This document shows positions 48,201 through 60,156 of a stretch of DNA of 64,000 nt, piece after piece. Position 1 is the first letter of the stretch; every line of letters starts with the position of its first letter. The stretch lies in assembly GCA_965178125.1 (NCBI GenBank), contig OZ237760.1, forward strand, positions 1 through 64,000, read 5' to 3'. This DNA comes from Bilabrum cf. latius. Its lineage: Eukaryota. The notes beneath the pieces are model-generated. The model had not been told where the DNA came from. It searched no databases and saw nothing but the letters and a program-made list of their open reading frames with translations. A program made the translations under genes and the position numbers.

Positions 48201-51200
48201 GGCAGGCCGGCAGCGATCGAAAATGGTGCTGAGACCGGCGCAGAGCCAGAGCCAGGGCTGGCTTGGGGCATCCCGGCGAGCAGCGGCGTGGTGCGAGCAG
48301 GCCCAGTGGCAGTGCTTGACATGCTGAAGAGGGCCCAAGGGGCGGCCCCGTCGGACGGCAGCCCTTCGGCTGCCTCATAGCTGCCCTCGGTGCCAGCACC
48401 GGGGTCACCAGCTGCCCTGGGTCTCGCCCCCTTGCTGCTTCCAGTGGCAGGTGGGCTGCTTGCCCTGGAGCAGGAGTCTCCCTTCTTCCTGGCGCCTGCA
48501 CTCCTCGGCATCGCGGCCATGTGGAGGCATGCTCACGGGGTTACGCAGGCCACGGTGCAGCACGTGCCAGGCCTTGCCCAATGCGTGTCCTGGCCCTCGC
48601 CTGCAGGACCAGCGAGCCCGCTAGACGTGCGCACGAACACAAGGGCCCTGCAGCCCCCTCGTTTTCGCAGTGCTACCGCAGGCGATGCGGGTGGGGGCAG
48701 CTAGCCAGCGCCGATTGTGCTGCTGCAGCACCCGGTGGCAGGCGCCTTCGCCCGGAGCCGACTGAGGCGCATGCTAGGCGTGGCCAGGTGGACCGCAGGT
48801 GCAGCCATGCGGCAGCTGGGTGACCAGCTGCAGTCGAGCAAGGGTGTTTCGGAGCTTGATGCCGTCCACGCTCTGGCAGGAGCAGTCGCCCTCGCGGAGC
48901 AGGCTGCCGCTGGGCTGACCGAGGCCAAGCAGCGGGATGCAGCGACTGCACTGGTCCTGCAGGGGCTGGGCGTACTGGCGCAGTGCGCCTCTGGAAAAGA
49001 GGCGGCGGGTGTGCTGCGGGGGCTCTTGCTCCGCAGGTGTGCGTGGGCTGCGAGCTCATTTCCCGGCGAGATCGTTACGCAAGAGAGCCTGGTGGATGCC
49101 CTGCGAGAATCCGCGCGGCAGCTAGGCGGAGTGGGTGGTGGTGTCTCCTAGCTGATCCCTATGCTGGCCCCGTGCCGGGCCAGGCCCGCAACTGCAGTAG
49201 ATGGCGAGGACCAGCTGGAGTTCGGTGCGCCGTCCGGTTTCGCGGATGCTAGATCTCAGGCAGAGGGGGCGGCTGCTCTGGTGGCAGACGCGAGCGAACG
49301 GCCCTGCTCAGCGATCCGGTGGGCCTAGAGTGCATGCCGGTGGGCGGCTTCTCCCAGGGGCTCCCCGAGCTGCGGGCCGTTGCGGGCGACTGCCTCTGTT
49401 GGATTTTCGCGCGAACTGCTGCGGCAGCAACAGGCGGATGCAGGCACCACCAGCTTGGTGCAAGCTAGCGTCAGCGTGCAGTGGTAGGGCCCGTGCAAGT
49501 CCCTAGAACCGGCGTTCGTTCTGCTCACGATGGCGGGTAGGGCGGCGGGCGCTCGCGGTGGTGCGGAGAGAGGAGCGGTGTGGGACGATCAGCGCCTGTG
49601 CGACTGTCTCCTTGTGCTGCCGACTGCAGCGGTAAGAGACGATCACAGCGACGCGCGCATGGCTCACGCAGAGTGCTCTGCCTCGAGCTGGGAGGAGGCC
49701 TTCGCAGGCGATGTGCACGCCGGCGGCAAGGCCAGGGCAGAGGCAGCCAGAGCCGCGCTGCAGGGCAGTGGCATCGACGTGCCCCCGCTGGTGGCGATGG
49801 TGCCGCCCGGCGCAGTCTCTTCACGTGGGCTCGAGGTGCTGCTGAGCCTACCCCTGCCAGCCCGCCCGCTGCGCACCACGTCATTGCTGAGAGACGTACT
49901 GGCCAGCGCTGCCGGCTCGAGCTCTGATGGATGTAGCCCCGCGGTGCCGCTGCTGGGCTGCCTGGCCGCTCCTAGCTTGCTCCCTGAGGCAGCTGCCATC
50001 GCGCCTCTCTCCCTGCTGGATGAGGCCTCCACTGGCTAGCGGCAGTCCGGAGGCGCCGCGGAGAGCAAGCAGACAGAAGTTGACGAGGAGCTTGTGGCCA
50101 GGGCGGATTCCAGCAGGGGCCGTGGCATCGCCGTGGAGGCTGCCAGCGGGCGAGGGCCGGAGGAGCAGGTGCTGTCTACCTCGCCGGAGCGATTCGACCG
50201 CCGCCCTGGACACCTGGCCATGTTGACTTTGCGCGCAGAGATGATTGAGGGGGGTCTGTGGGAAGGGGGTCCCCCGGCGCTCAAGCCAGAGGTTCAAACG
50301 GCCTCTCCCTCGGGTCTGGACGATGCCACTGTGGCAGCCGCCACGTACACGGCCCTAGCATCGGGACAGGCTCCGACTGCTAGTGCATCCCAGGTGTTCG
50401 CTCGCCTGGCGCATGCCACGGGCGGCGGTGCGTGCGCCCTGCACGAGAGGTCTATTGCGGCGAGCGCGGTGTGGGTCGGCCTGGAGGTGCCGAGTGTGGC
50501 CGGCGCACCGGCTGCTAGCGCATCTCCCTGCTTCCTGTTCGTGCCAGCCCGCATGTCCAGCGCGAGGATGCATCGATCTAGTGCCCGGGCTGCTTCGAAA
50601 TGGGGCGATTCCACCTTCCAGTCCCCCGGTGCTTCGTCTGCAGCTGCAGCGGGTGATTTGGTCGTGCCAGGCTCTGTGGATGCCCTGGAGCCAATCCTGC
50701 AGCAGCGTCGCATCGCCGAGTCCAAGGCCCGCCTGTGGGGCCCCGACTGGGAGGAGCAGGAAGCCAAGCAGAAGCTGCGGGCCATGCGGCGGGAGGCCAA
50801 GGCCAAGGCCAAGGCAGCGCTGGATGCCGGCGCTTCTGAGAGCAAGGAGGCGCAGGCGACTCATGGCGCTGAGGGTGCCGCCGAGACACCCGCCGACCCG
50901 TGGGGAACACGCATGAGCGATGTGCTGGTTGTCAGCGATGCTGGCGCAGATGATGCCAGCATGGGCCAGAGCACCGGCGTGAACTGGCCCGGTGACTCCA
51001 GTGCGACCGCGCAACTCCCCGGTACCCTCCCCAGGGCCCTGCACGTGACTCTGCGGTCCGATGCGCCTGGGATCGAGGGAAGCCTCGCCCCGGTGTGCAT
51101 CGAGGTAGCCGCTGGGAAAGACCTGGCTGGTGGAGTGGTGGCGCTGGGTGCCGCTCTGCTGCCGGTGCGACCCGGTGTCCGCTTGAAGGACGGGGTGAGT

Positions 51201-53273
51201 GCTCCAGGGGCGCAGGCATTGCCTTGCGTGGTGGCTCCGACTGCTGCCGTGCTTGTGCTGGGGGACAAGGGCGCAGGGGGACAGGCAGGCGGGCAGTCGA
51301 CCGGGAATGCAGCAGTTGCGGCAGGTACAGCCGGAGAACTGCTGCCACAGTACAGCAGCGGCAGCGGGCCTATGGAGGCGGTTGACCCCCAGGTGGACTG
51401 GTGCCGGCCATGCGAGGACAAACCAAGGCTCCTGCGGTCTCCCAAGCTGAGCAAGGCAGCGGGACCCGGAGCACAGGCCGCTGTGGGCGACACGGTGCTG
51501 ATGGCAGTTCCTCCCATGCAGCGAGGCCAGGTGGTCAGGCTTTGGATGGCGGTGGACTTGCCCGAGGGAGCGGCACTGGGGGCTTCTTCTGCATCAGATG
51601 GACCCTCGCCCGCGCCGAAGGCTGTGGGGGCAGGAGGCAGTAGCGGTCGCACACCATCCGCCGCAGATGTCGCCCTGGCTCGCGGGGCGCAGGTGGCCGT
51701 GTGGGCCTCTGCGGAGGCTCTGCTGGCAGGCCATGCCCTTGGTTCCAGCGGTGCCGACTCCGATGCGGACGCGAAGGCCGTGCTTCGTGCCATGCAGCAG
51801 CGGGCCAGCGCGGTGGAGCGTGGCGTGGGCCCCGGCAGCATTGCTTGCACGTCCAGGGCACACGCTCTCCTGCCCGTGGCTGCAGCCTTCAGGGTGGGCG
51901 TGTCCTGCCGAGGGGACCCGGTGTGCCCCCCTGCCGACCTGCACGGAGCGCTCGGGCCTGAGCTGGCGGGCTTGCTGGGTGCTCTGCCGGTTCCTGCCGT
52001 GGCACGGGCTGGCATGCCAGCCGCCGGTGGAAGAGGGGCAGGGGAGGGGCAGGACGCGCACGCTGCGGTGCTGGCGCCTGGTGGGCTGGTGCAGGCGTGT
52101 GTGAGGCTGTCCACGGGCGCCAGTAGCGCGGTGCTCGCGGTGCGGGGACTTGAGTGGACCTTGGAGACAAGGGCGGAGGGTAGCGGCGAGGGGGCATCCC
52201 TGGGCCTGACGCCTGCACTGGAGCAGTCGCAGATTGACTACCAGCTGCAGATGTCCTCGGTTCGGGCGCCGCGCATGGATTTCAGAGATGATGATGCAGG
52301 TGCAGGTGTAGGTGCAGGTGCGGGCGGTGCCAATGGGCGTGGGCACGGCGAGTGGCCCAGGGCTGTGCTGGTGGCCCCGAGGGGCGCGCACAACTTCTTG
52401 CTGGCTGCACGGGCCAGCGGCGAGTGGCCAGCCGCCCTCCTCGAGGCCAGGTCCCGCGTGTATGAGGCTATCCGGCGCGCTGGCGAGGAGGCCGGCACAG
52501 TCGGCGCCCCGGACTCTGTAACCGAGGGGTTGCTGCTGGCCAGGGGAGGGGGCGGCCTGGGGGAGTTGTTCCCCAACGGGGGGGGAGAGAGGGAGGTGGG
52601 AGTTCCGGTCGCATTGTAGTAGGAAGAACTGGGAGCAGGGGGGGCCTCAGTGACTGCTTGTTCCCTGGGCCGCATCTTGGTGCGATGGCGGAGGGGCACC
52701 GTGGGGGAGGCAGCGCTGGTGATGGGCAAAGAGGTGCCCAGCGGACCCAGCTTGGACGACGAGATGCCCCCTTGCCTCCGCAGCAGCGGGGAGTTTAGGT
52801 GCATGCTGCCTGCAGTGGCGGTGGTCAGGCAGCCCGTGCAGATGGCCGCCCAGTTGCCGCGGGTGCTGCGGGCGGGTGCACCCGCTGCCGGCGTTTGGGT
52901 GGCCGTGAATCGGTCTGCGGAGCCCCTGACCATCCGTGTGAGGCTGGCCGAGGGCGCGCCTGGCCCGGGTGCAGGCGGAGCGGCCGGCGGGCAGGGGGCC
53001 AGGGAGAGGCTGCTGCGGCAGGGCGGAGCGCGCATCGGGGTCGTTGGTGCTGTAAGCAGGGTGCTGCTGCTGCCCCCTCGATCGTGTGTCGCGCTGCCGT
53101 TCCCAGTGTAGGTGTCGGCTGGGGAAGAGGGCGGAGTCGCGCCTGCGCCCGTGGTGCAGGCGGACATCGTGCAGGTCGGAGGGGCTAAAGTTGCCTAGGC
53201 CAAGGCTGCCTGGGTCGGATTCGCTCCCTCGATGCCCTTCCCTGTGACGGTTTTGCCCCGCGACAGCCCTTGA
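45261..53273 (+). CDS. TRAPPC11: TRAPPC11 (foie gras/Gryzun)-like trafficking protein, greatly expanded, about 2670 aa
   Basis: The N-terminal YPPEVL, VLRRSWLPKHH...VPLLLV...QWE...EVEGLRARAQGR..LHVVLV...RLAQLR pattern matches TRAPPC11 as remembered, and the C-terminus is beta-rich. One 8-kb frame with about 12 TAG; TGA stop. Confidence 0.68.
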
Positions 53274-53583
53274 TCGTACACGACTGAGGCGATCCTAGGC
53301 ACCACGAATATATCTTGCAGATTCGATGTTGCAAATGTAAGTTCGATCTGAAATGAAATTACATGAAGCCCTGAGGGCCAATCAAAGCGATGAAGGCTGC
53401 AACGCGGACACCAAGCTGGTGAAAACCGGCGTGGCAGCCTTTGCCCGAGAGGCAAAGAGCCCCATGGAGACAATCAGATCATATTTCCATGAGCTCACCA
53501 AATCGCCAAAACAGCGCCAGGAAAATCAGCGAAATCCCGAGGCCGGCGAGGTGCGAGGCAGCACGTCATCAGCGCGCACGCGT

Positions 53584-55500
53584 TCAGAACGGCTTGTTGT
53601 TGATGAACCTGGTGAACATGTCGAGCGCCTGGATGGGCTTGTAGGTAGGCGCCTCGTGGCCGGCAGCCATCACGGTGTTGAACGAGAAGGTACCGTTGGG
53701 CGCCTTGTAGTCTACCGAGTACCCCGACACGATGGGCCCGTTGGCGAGCTGGGACTCCCACGACCTCCAGCTGTTCGCCACGTCGTAGCCCATGCCCTCA
53801 GTCCACTCCTGGGCGTCCGTGATGGGCACGCAGGCGTCTGCGTCCGCGTTGAAGATGCGCACGCGCAGCCCTCCCTTCTCCAGGAGCACTGGGTACACGT
53901 CCCTGGGCAGGTTCTTGGCGGTGGGCGTGTAGTTGATCTTGCCCGTGCAGATGGTCCACTCCTGCCAGTACTGCTTGGCCTGGGCCACGTGCAGGGCCTG
54001 GGTCACCACATCAGAGTTGAGGTAGGCGTGCGCCTCCTTGCTCTCGATGCATGCCACGGGGCCGCCGAGCAGGTCCAGCACGGATCCCTTGGGCACGGGG
54101 AGGGTCAGCTTGGGGTTGGGCTTCTCGATGGGGGCCTCGCAGCTGTAGTAGATGCCGTACAGGTTGATGTTGCCCACCTGCAGAAAGGAGAGGGTTGCGA
54201 GGAGACAGAGAGGGGAAGGTTGCGAGGAGACCGAGGGGGCGGGGGGCGGGCGGGCTGGGGGTGGATGCTTGCTCCCGTGATCGATGGTGAGCTCGAATCA
54301 GCACAGCAGTCAAATACATTGAATTGAGTTTCAGTTCCTCGCTCACCTCGACGGACATCTGCTGGAGCGCGGACTGGCACGCGCTGGAGGGGTTGTGCCA
54401 GTCGGGGGAACACTCGTCCTGGATCTTCTTGCCCAGCACGGGCGAGTACGTGTTGCGGATGGCCAGATAGGAGGAGCGAAGGCGGTCGGCATCTGCGCTG
54501 CACACGCCCACCTCAGTGCCACTGCACCCGTTGCCCACCTGCGCGCAATAAGAGGTTCGCCTAATTCAAGCAAAAAAGGGGGATCGCGATCGCAGCGAAT
54601 CAAGGGGTGATTTGCTAGGCGGTCAAGCAGCCCAAGCTCGAGGAGCTGGCAGGGAAATCGAGACTGTATAGTCTCTGGCCGATCAAACCAAGCAAGCCAA
54701 TCAATCAATCAATCTCACGAGGATGCCCTTGAGGTTGATGAAGAAGTCGCTCTGGGACATGATGGTCTTGTAGGCCAGCGTGGGCACATACACGCCGGCG
54801 TAGCTCTCGCCGGCGATGAAGAACTCGTTCTTGCGGTACTCGGAGAAGCCCTCGAAGAACATGGTCAGGGCCTTGTGGTTGAAGTCGGCCGTCTGGGTGT
54901 CATTGGTGTTGTACACGCTCCTGTCCTGGGCGTAGGAGAATCCCACGCCAGCAGGAGCCTCCAGCCACAGCATATTGGCGGACTGGGTCCAGCGGCCATC
55001 GTTCACCACCAGCTTGGTGTAGTCGGCCTCAGAGACGTGGAACGGCCCGTTCTCGTACATGAAGCCGTCCATCGAGCTGCAGCCCGGGCCTCCGTTCAGC
55101 CACAGAACCACGGGCTTGTTAGCAGGATCAGACTCTGCCTCCATGAACACGTAATGCAGGTTCTGGCCAGTGACATTGTCAACCTCGAGGTATCCGGACC
55201 ACATCTTGCTCTTGAGCGCTGGGGCGCCGGGCAGTGAAGGGACTGCGGTAGACGAACGACACGAAAGGCATCGAATGATCAGTGAGTTTTGACTTGTGGA
55301 TTTAAGAGGTTATCGGTAGCGCTATTGAAATAGGTCTACTTTGTTAATAAACTGGGCATTGATCCACTGTGCGTTGTGGAACAGCAGCCAAGATTCCGAG
55401 CTCCAAAACGAATAATCGAATCCTTACCGGCATCAGCAGGGATGTCTGCTGCAACGTATGCCGCAGAAATGGCTGCGATCAAGCAAGTGATGCTCTTCAT
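53584..55500 (-). CDS. Serine carboxypeptidase (peptidase S10), about 460 aa; introns 54178-54346, 54539-54718, 55243-55427
   Basis: Signal peptide; WSGYL, LWLNGGPGCSS, ENGPF, EAPAGVGFSY, catalytic GESYAG, NLKGILVGNG, NADADACVP and AGHEAP. Three GT-AG introns restore the frame. TGA stop. Confidence 0.96.
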
Positions 55501-55756
55501 GTCAAGCGATGGGAAGAAGAGTGGGCGCGAAGCAATCCTGGTCTTGTGTCTGCGCCAAATACGAATTCTGCTCGCTACATTTATGAATGTAGCGTGTATA
55601 TTTTGCACTTGCACTACGGTTTTCGGCACGTGATACGGTTGTAGCCCATCTACCAGTAGATACGAAGCTTCTGCGAACCATCAATCATTTTTTATTAGCT
55701 GTTCATAGCAATCACGGCGTGCTGGGCATATAGAGGCAACTGTTTGCTTGAAGGAA

Positions 55757-58700
55757 ATGAACAAGAGGCTGTCAGAGCGCCGCCCTGCTGATGGATGCGA
55801 TACTTGTACGCGAGCTGCTCAGTCCCGCATCCCGAGAATAGAGCTGCTTAGCTGGGTAGCATCATATGATTCAAATGCAGCGATAGGGGACATTGCAAGT
55901 GGCACTGTCATCTCAGTCATGCTGATTCCGCAAGGCATGGCGTACGCCTCCTTGGCTGGCCTTCCGCCGATATACGGGCTGTATGCATCTATTATGATGC
56001 TATTCATATATCCATTGTTTAGCACGTCGCCACCGCTGGCAGTAGGGCCGACTGCGATGCAATCTCTGCTGACCGCCTCAACGATAGCCGACATGGGCGT
56101 CGACGCGGACGCGGAGCCTGACCAGTACCTAAAAATTGCGTTTCGGCTGGCCTTTCTGGTCGGACTGGTGCAAATTGTAATGGGGCTGCTGCACGCCGGT
56201 TACCTGGTCAACTTCCTGTCGCAGCCTGTGCTGAAGGGGTTCACGGTGGCGGCCGCCCTCATCATTGGCAGCTCGCAGCTGTCGCAGGTGTTCGGCCTCC
56301 GCGACTTCCCGTCCACCTCTCAGGTATATGAGACGTGGTACGAGGTGGTGATCCGTCTGGGCGACACGCACGGGCTCACGCTCGCCCTCGCCGTGGAGAG
56401 CCTGGCCATGTTCTACGGCCTCAAGTGGCTCAAGGCATTCCTGCGGTCGCTCCCGTGCGTGGAGAACGACCGCTCGCACACGTGGTCCAAGCTCATCAGC
56501 GCAGTCCCGGATGCTCTCGTGGTGGTCGTCTTCAACATCGCCCTCAGCGCGGGGCTCGGCTTCGAGGACGAGGGCGTGGCAGTCGTGGGCTCCATCCCCA
56601 GCGGGTTCCCCTCGGCCACGAACCTCTTCGCCACTGCGGCGGGGGGCGCCACCTTCGCGTCTGACCTGGGGGCCGTGCTGCCCAGCGCGGTGGTAATGGC
56701 CGTGGTGGGCTTCATGGAGGCCATCTCAGTGGCCAAAGTGCTCGAGGGGAGGTACCCCAGGCCGCTCGACTCGAACTAGGAGCTGGTGGGGCTGGGCGCG
56801 GCCAACGCGTTTGCGTCGTTCTTCGGGGGCTTCCCGGGCACGGGTGCGTTTTCGAGGACGTCCGTGAACGCGGACGCTGGCGCCAAGACACCGGTGACCT
56901 CCATCGTGTCTGCGGTGATTCTGTGCCTGACGGTTCTCTTCCTGACCCCGCTCTTCTACCACCTGCCCAGAGTGACCCTCGGATGCATGATCATATTCGC
57001 GGTCATCAAGCTATTCGATGTGGAGACTCCCAAGATGCTGTGGGCGGTGTCTCTCTCGGACTTCGTGGTGTTCATGAGCACCTTTTTGGCTACGGTGGTG
57101 CTGGGCATCCGGAACGGCATCCTCATTGGGGCTGTCATCTCTCTCGCCAGGCTCATCCAAGAGGCAGCATCCCCCGAGGTGGTCCCCCTGGGCCGAGTGC
57201 CGGGCACGCAGAACTGGCGGGACATCCGCCGGTTTGGGTGCAAGGGAGCGCGTCCGGAGCCGGGCGTGGCCGTTGTGCGATTCGAGTCGCACCTCTTCTT
57301 TGCCAATGCGGGCCGGTTCAGGGACCTGGTGCTGGGGCTCTCCTTCCCGGCTGCAGTGCTGCAGGGAGCGGGGGCGTCGGGGGCCGCGGCCATGGAGGAC
57401 GAGGCCTCGCTGGCGGGCGCAGGGTCGCATGTTGGCGGGGGCAGCGAGCTTGGCGCTGGCCCATCGGCGGTTGCTGTGAACGTAGGAGGACCGGCCAACG
57501 GCAGGTCCGTGGGCTCCGGTTCCGCTGGGCTAGGCGTGGGCGTGGAGCTGGGACCCCTGTCACGGCCGGCCTCCGTGGGCTCCGCCGGCAAGGCATCAGC
57601 AGAGGATATCGAGACGGACTCGCCCGAGGACGAGGACGAGGATGGGGGCGAACAGGCCAGGGAGCAGTGCTCCCGCATCCTGACGGGGCAGAGCGGGTCT
57701 GGGCAGGCAGCAGCTGGCGGCGACGAGCTGCTGTCCAGCGGGCTGGCACCTGAGGCCGTGGTAGTGGACTGCAGCGTGATGTCGCAGCTGGATTCGAGCG
57801 CGCTGGACGCGCTGGAGCAGCTGCCCAAGGACCTCAAGAAGCGAGCGAGGGACATCCGGGACGCGAGGATCGGCAGGCTGGAGGGCTGGCTGCAGGACCT
57901 GGCTGCACAGGACCAGGATAAGTCGAGGGGCGGGGACCAGGAGGGGGCGCAGGGAGCCAGCGCGGTGGCCGAGGTGCAGCGCCCACCGGCGGCAGCAGCA
58001 TCTGGCGCCCTGTCCACCAAGACGCAGGGCGGCAGCCGTGCCAATGGCGGGGATGAGGAGGACGATGACGACGAGGTGGTGCAGGCGGCACTGCAGGCAG
58101 CCCAGCAAAGCTCGGCATTCCGGGAGCTGCTGGCCATCGAGACCACCTGCGGGGGTGCAGTGTCCGCGGACCGTGCCCGCGCCATGGGCGAGGTCACTCG
58201 CCACTTCCTGGAGGCGGAGATGGCGTGGTATAGGAAGCGCTTCGGTCCGCTCAGCGTGGTGGAAGAGGCCGCCCTGCTGGACATCCACGACCCGTCCACT
58301 GACTGGAGATACAGGCAGGACGCAGAGCTGCTGCGGGCCAGGCTGGTGGAGCTGGGGAGAGTGCCGCTCAAGATCCCCAAGCTATACCTGGCATGCCTGC
58401 GCGGCAAGGCGCAGGAGATGCTGCGGAGGAACGACGATTACGTGGCCCGGGTGCAGGTGGTGCAGCGAAGAGCGAGGCGACGGACGCTGTGGACGTGCTA
58501 GTGGCCGTGCGAGGTCACCAACCCCTGCGAGCACCTGTGCTGGGAGGGGTGCTGCGCCGGGGAAGAGGCCCGTGAGGAAGAGGAAAAGCAGCGCGGTGGC
58601 GGCGGCAGTGGTGGTGATGGAAAGGTGGAGGTGGCAGCAGAAGCAGCTGCAAACAGTGCAACAGGGGGTTCACATAGACAGCAGGGAACGGGGACACTGA

Positions 58701-60031
58701 CAGCCCCAGTGGCATCAGCCGAGCCTGCAGCGGAAGTCCCTCGCTCTCCGGAGCGGGTCCAGCCTGGACACGGCTCGCTACCGCTCCCTGCCGCCCCTGC
58801 AGGATCACCCCCGTCGGTCATCCGGGTGCAGCGGCTGGACTCGGATGCCAGTCTGGGCCTGGCGGTGGCAGGCAGCCCCCGAGTGAGTGGGCCGCTGGAC
58901 ACGAGCGGCATCGGCAGGGTACCGCTGCCGAAACTTCCCTCGAGCGGACTGGAGGGCGGGCCGGAGGGTGTGCCTGCAGTCGATGGGGAGGAGAAGGGTG
59001 TCGCTGATGCAATGCATGGAGAAGGAGGGGCGGGGGCGGAGGCGGAGATGGTGCGCAGCCGCCCCAGCAACGGCGGTTTGTCCGAGAGCAGCGCCCCTGA
59101 GGGAACAGAGGACGTGGGGTTCGCCGGGCAGCGGGTGTCGCACGACGTCGCGCTGCTATCGTACGTGGTTCAGGACGACGACCTGCATGAGGCGGTGGAG
59201 AAGGTGAGGCAGAAGGTGCTGCGTGCGGCGCTGACTGACCTGGCTAGGTGGGGCACTGGGCGAGGCGAGGTGGTAAGTCGCCGGGAGGAGCAGGAGGCGG
59301 GTGGGTTCGTCTCGGCGGGCGTCTGGAAGGACTTTCTGCGGCAGAGGAGCTCTGGCACCGCTGCCTCTCGCGTAGACCTGCTGGAGGGCGTGGATCTGGG
59401 CGCGGCGGGGCTGAGGCAGCGCCGGGGGAACAACGGGAACGGGTCTGTAGGCAGCAGCGGGCAGAAGTCGGGCCTGGCAGCGGACTCCAAGTCAGAGGCG
59501 GGGTCCCAGGACCAAGACGGCGTGGGCCTTGGCCTGATGGGGGGAGATGGACTGCACGCAGGTGCGGCCCAGAGGGAGGGCCCAGCGCCGGTGCACGTGG
59601 TGCGCGCCTCCCGAGACACCTCCTCGCACTCGCTGCGGCAGGGGACTGGGACCATACGGGCGGTGAGGAGGCACACCTTCTAGGACCTGGGCGCCGCCCT
59701 CAGGGGCAGGGCCAGCTCCACCAACAGCCCGCGGGGGGTGCCACGGCGCAGCCACCTGGGGCGCTCCCCGCTCGCGTCGTCTGGCTCGCCGGGGGCGCTG
59801 CCGGGAATCGCCGGGCAGGATCGAAGAACCCCACGAGGCAGTCGATCGTCGCCCTTGTCGCAGGTAGTGCACGCCCAGGCCAGGCCCGCGGCGGTCACGG
59901 CGCAGCGAGCCGTGGCGGACGAGCTTGACAGCCGGCGAGTGCGGCGCAGCACTGGGGAATCTCCGCTTCGGCGAGTTGCTACAGAGGCCGCAGGAGATGA
60001 AATGCCCACTGGGGCAGCGGAAATCGTATGA
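55757..60031 (+). CDS. SLC26/SulP anion (sulfate) transporter with interrupted STAS domain and long tail, about 1424 aa
   Basis: GDIASG, IPQGMAYASLAGLPPIYGLY, FLSQPVLKGF, LDSN*ELVGLGAAN, FSRTSVN..AGAKT and STAS motifs (RFESHLFFAN; VVVDCS.MSQLDSSAL). TAG at 56777, 58499 and 59681; TGA stop. Confidence 0.93.
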
Positions 60032-60156
60032 GATTCGCCTTGCACGTGGCTGTCTTGAGTCCATTATACACTGTCCAAATGAGTTTTTCTGGATAAATTA
60101 CACATCGTCAGAGTAAGCTGCTCTGCACTTGAAACGAATCTCCTTCGACCTTTTTT

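Noticed and set aside
54690-54714. Short (CAAT)n/(CAAG)n microsatellite
   Set aside because: It lies inside intron 2 of the carboxypeptidase gene and is an ordinary simple repeat.
25711-56779. TAG as pyrrolysine, Leu, Tyr or Glu, programmed readthrough, or a context-specific sequencing error
   Set aside because: The conserved columns that can be judged are Gln. TAGs occur in many flanking contexts and in tandem (3862-3867, 37383-37388, 52617-52622), and up to about 19 per gene is incompatible with leaky readthrough. Deamination-type errors would also create TAA and TGA. U-to-C RNA editing cannot be formally excluded without RNA data.
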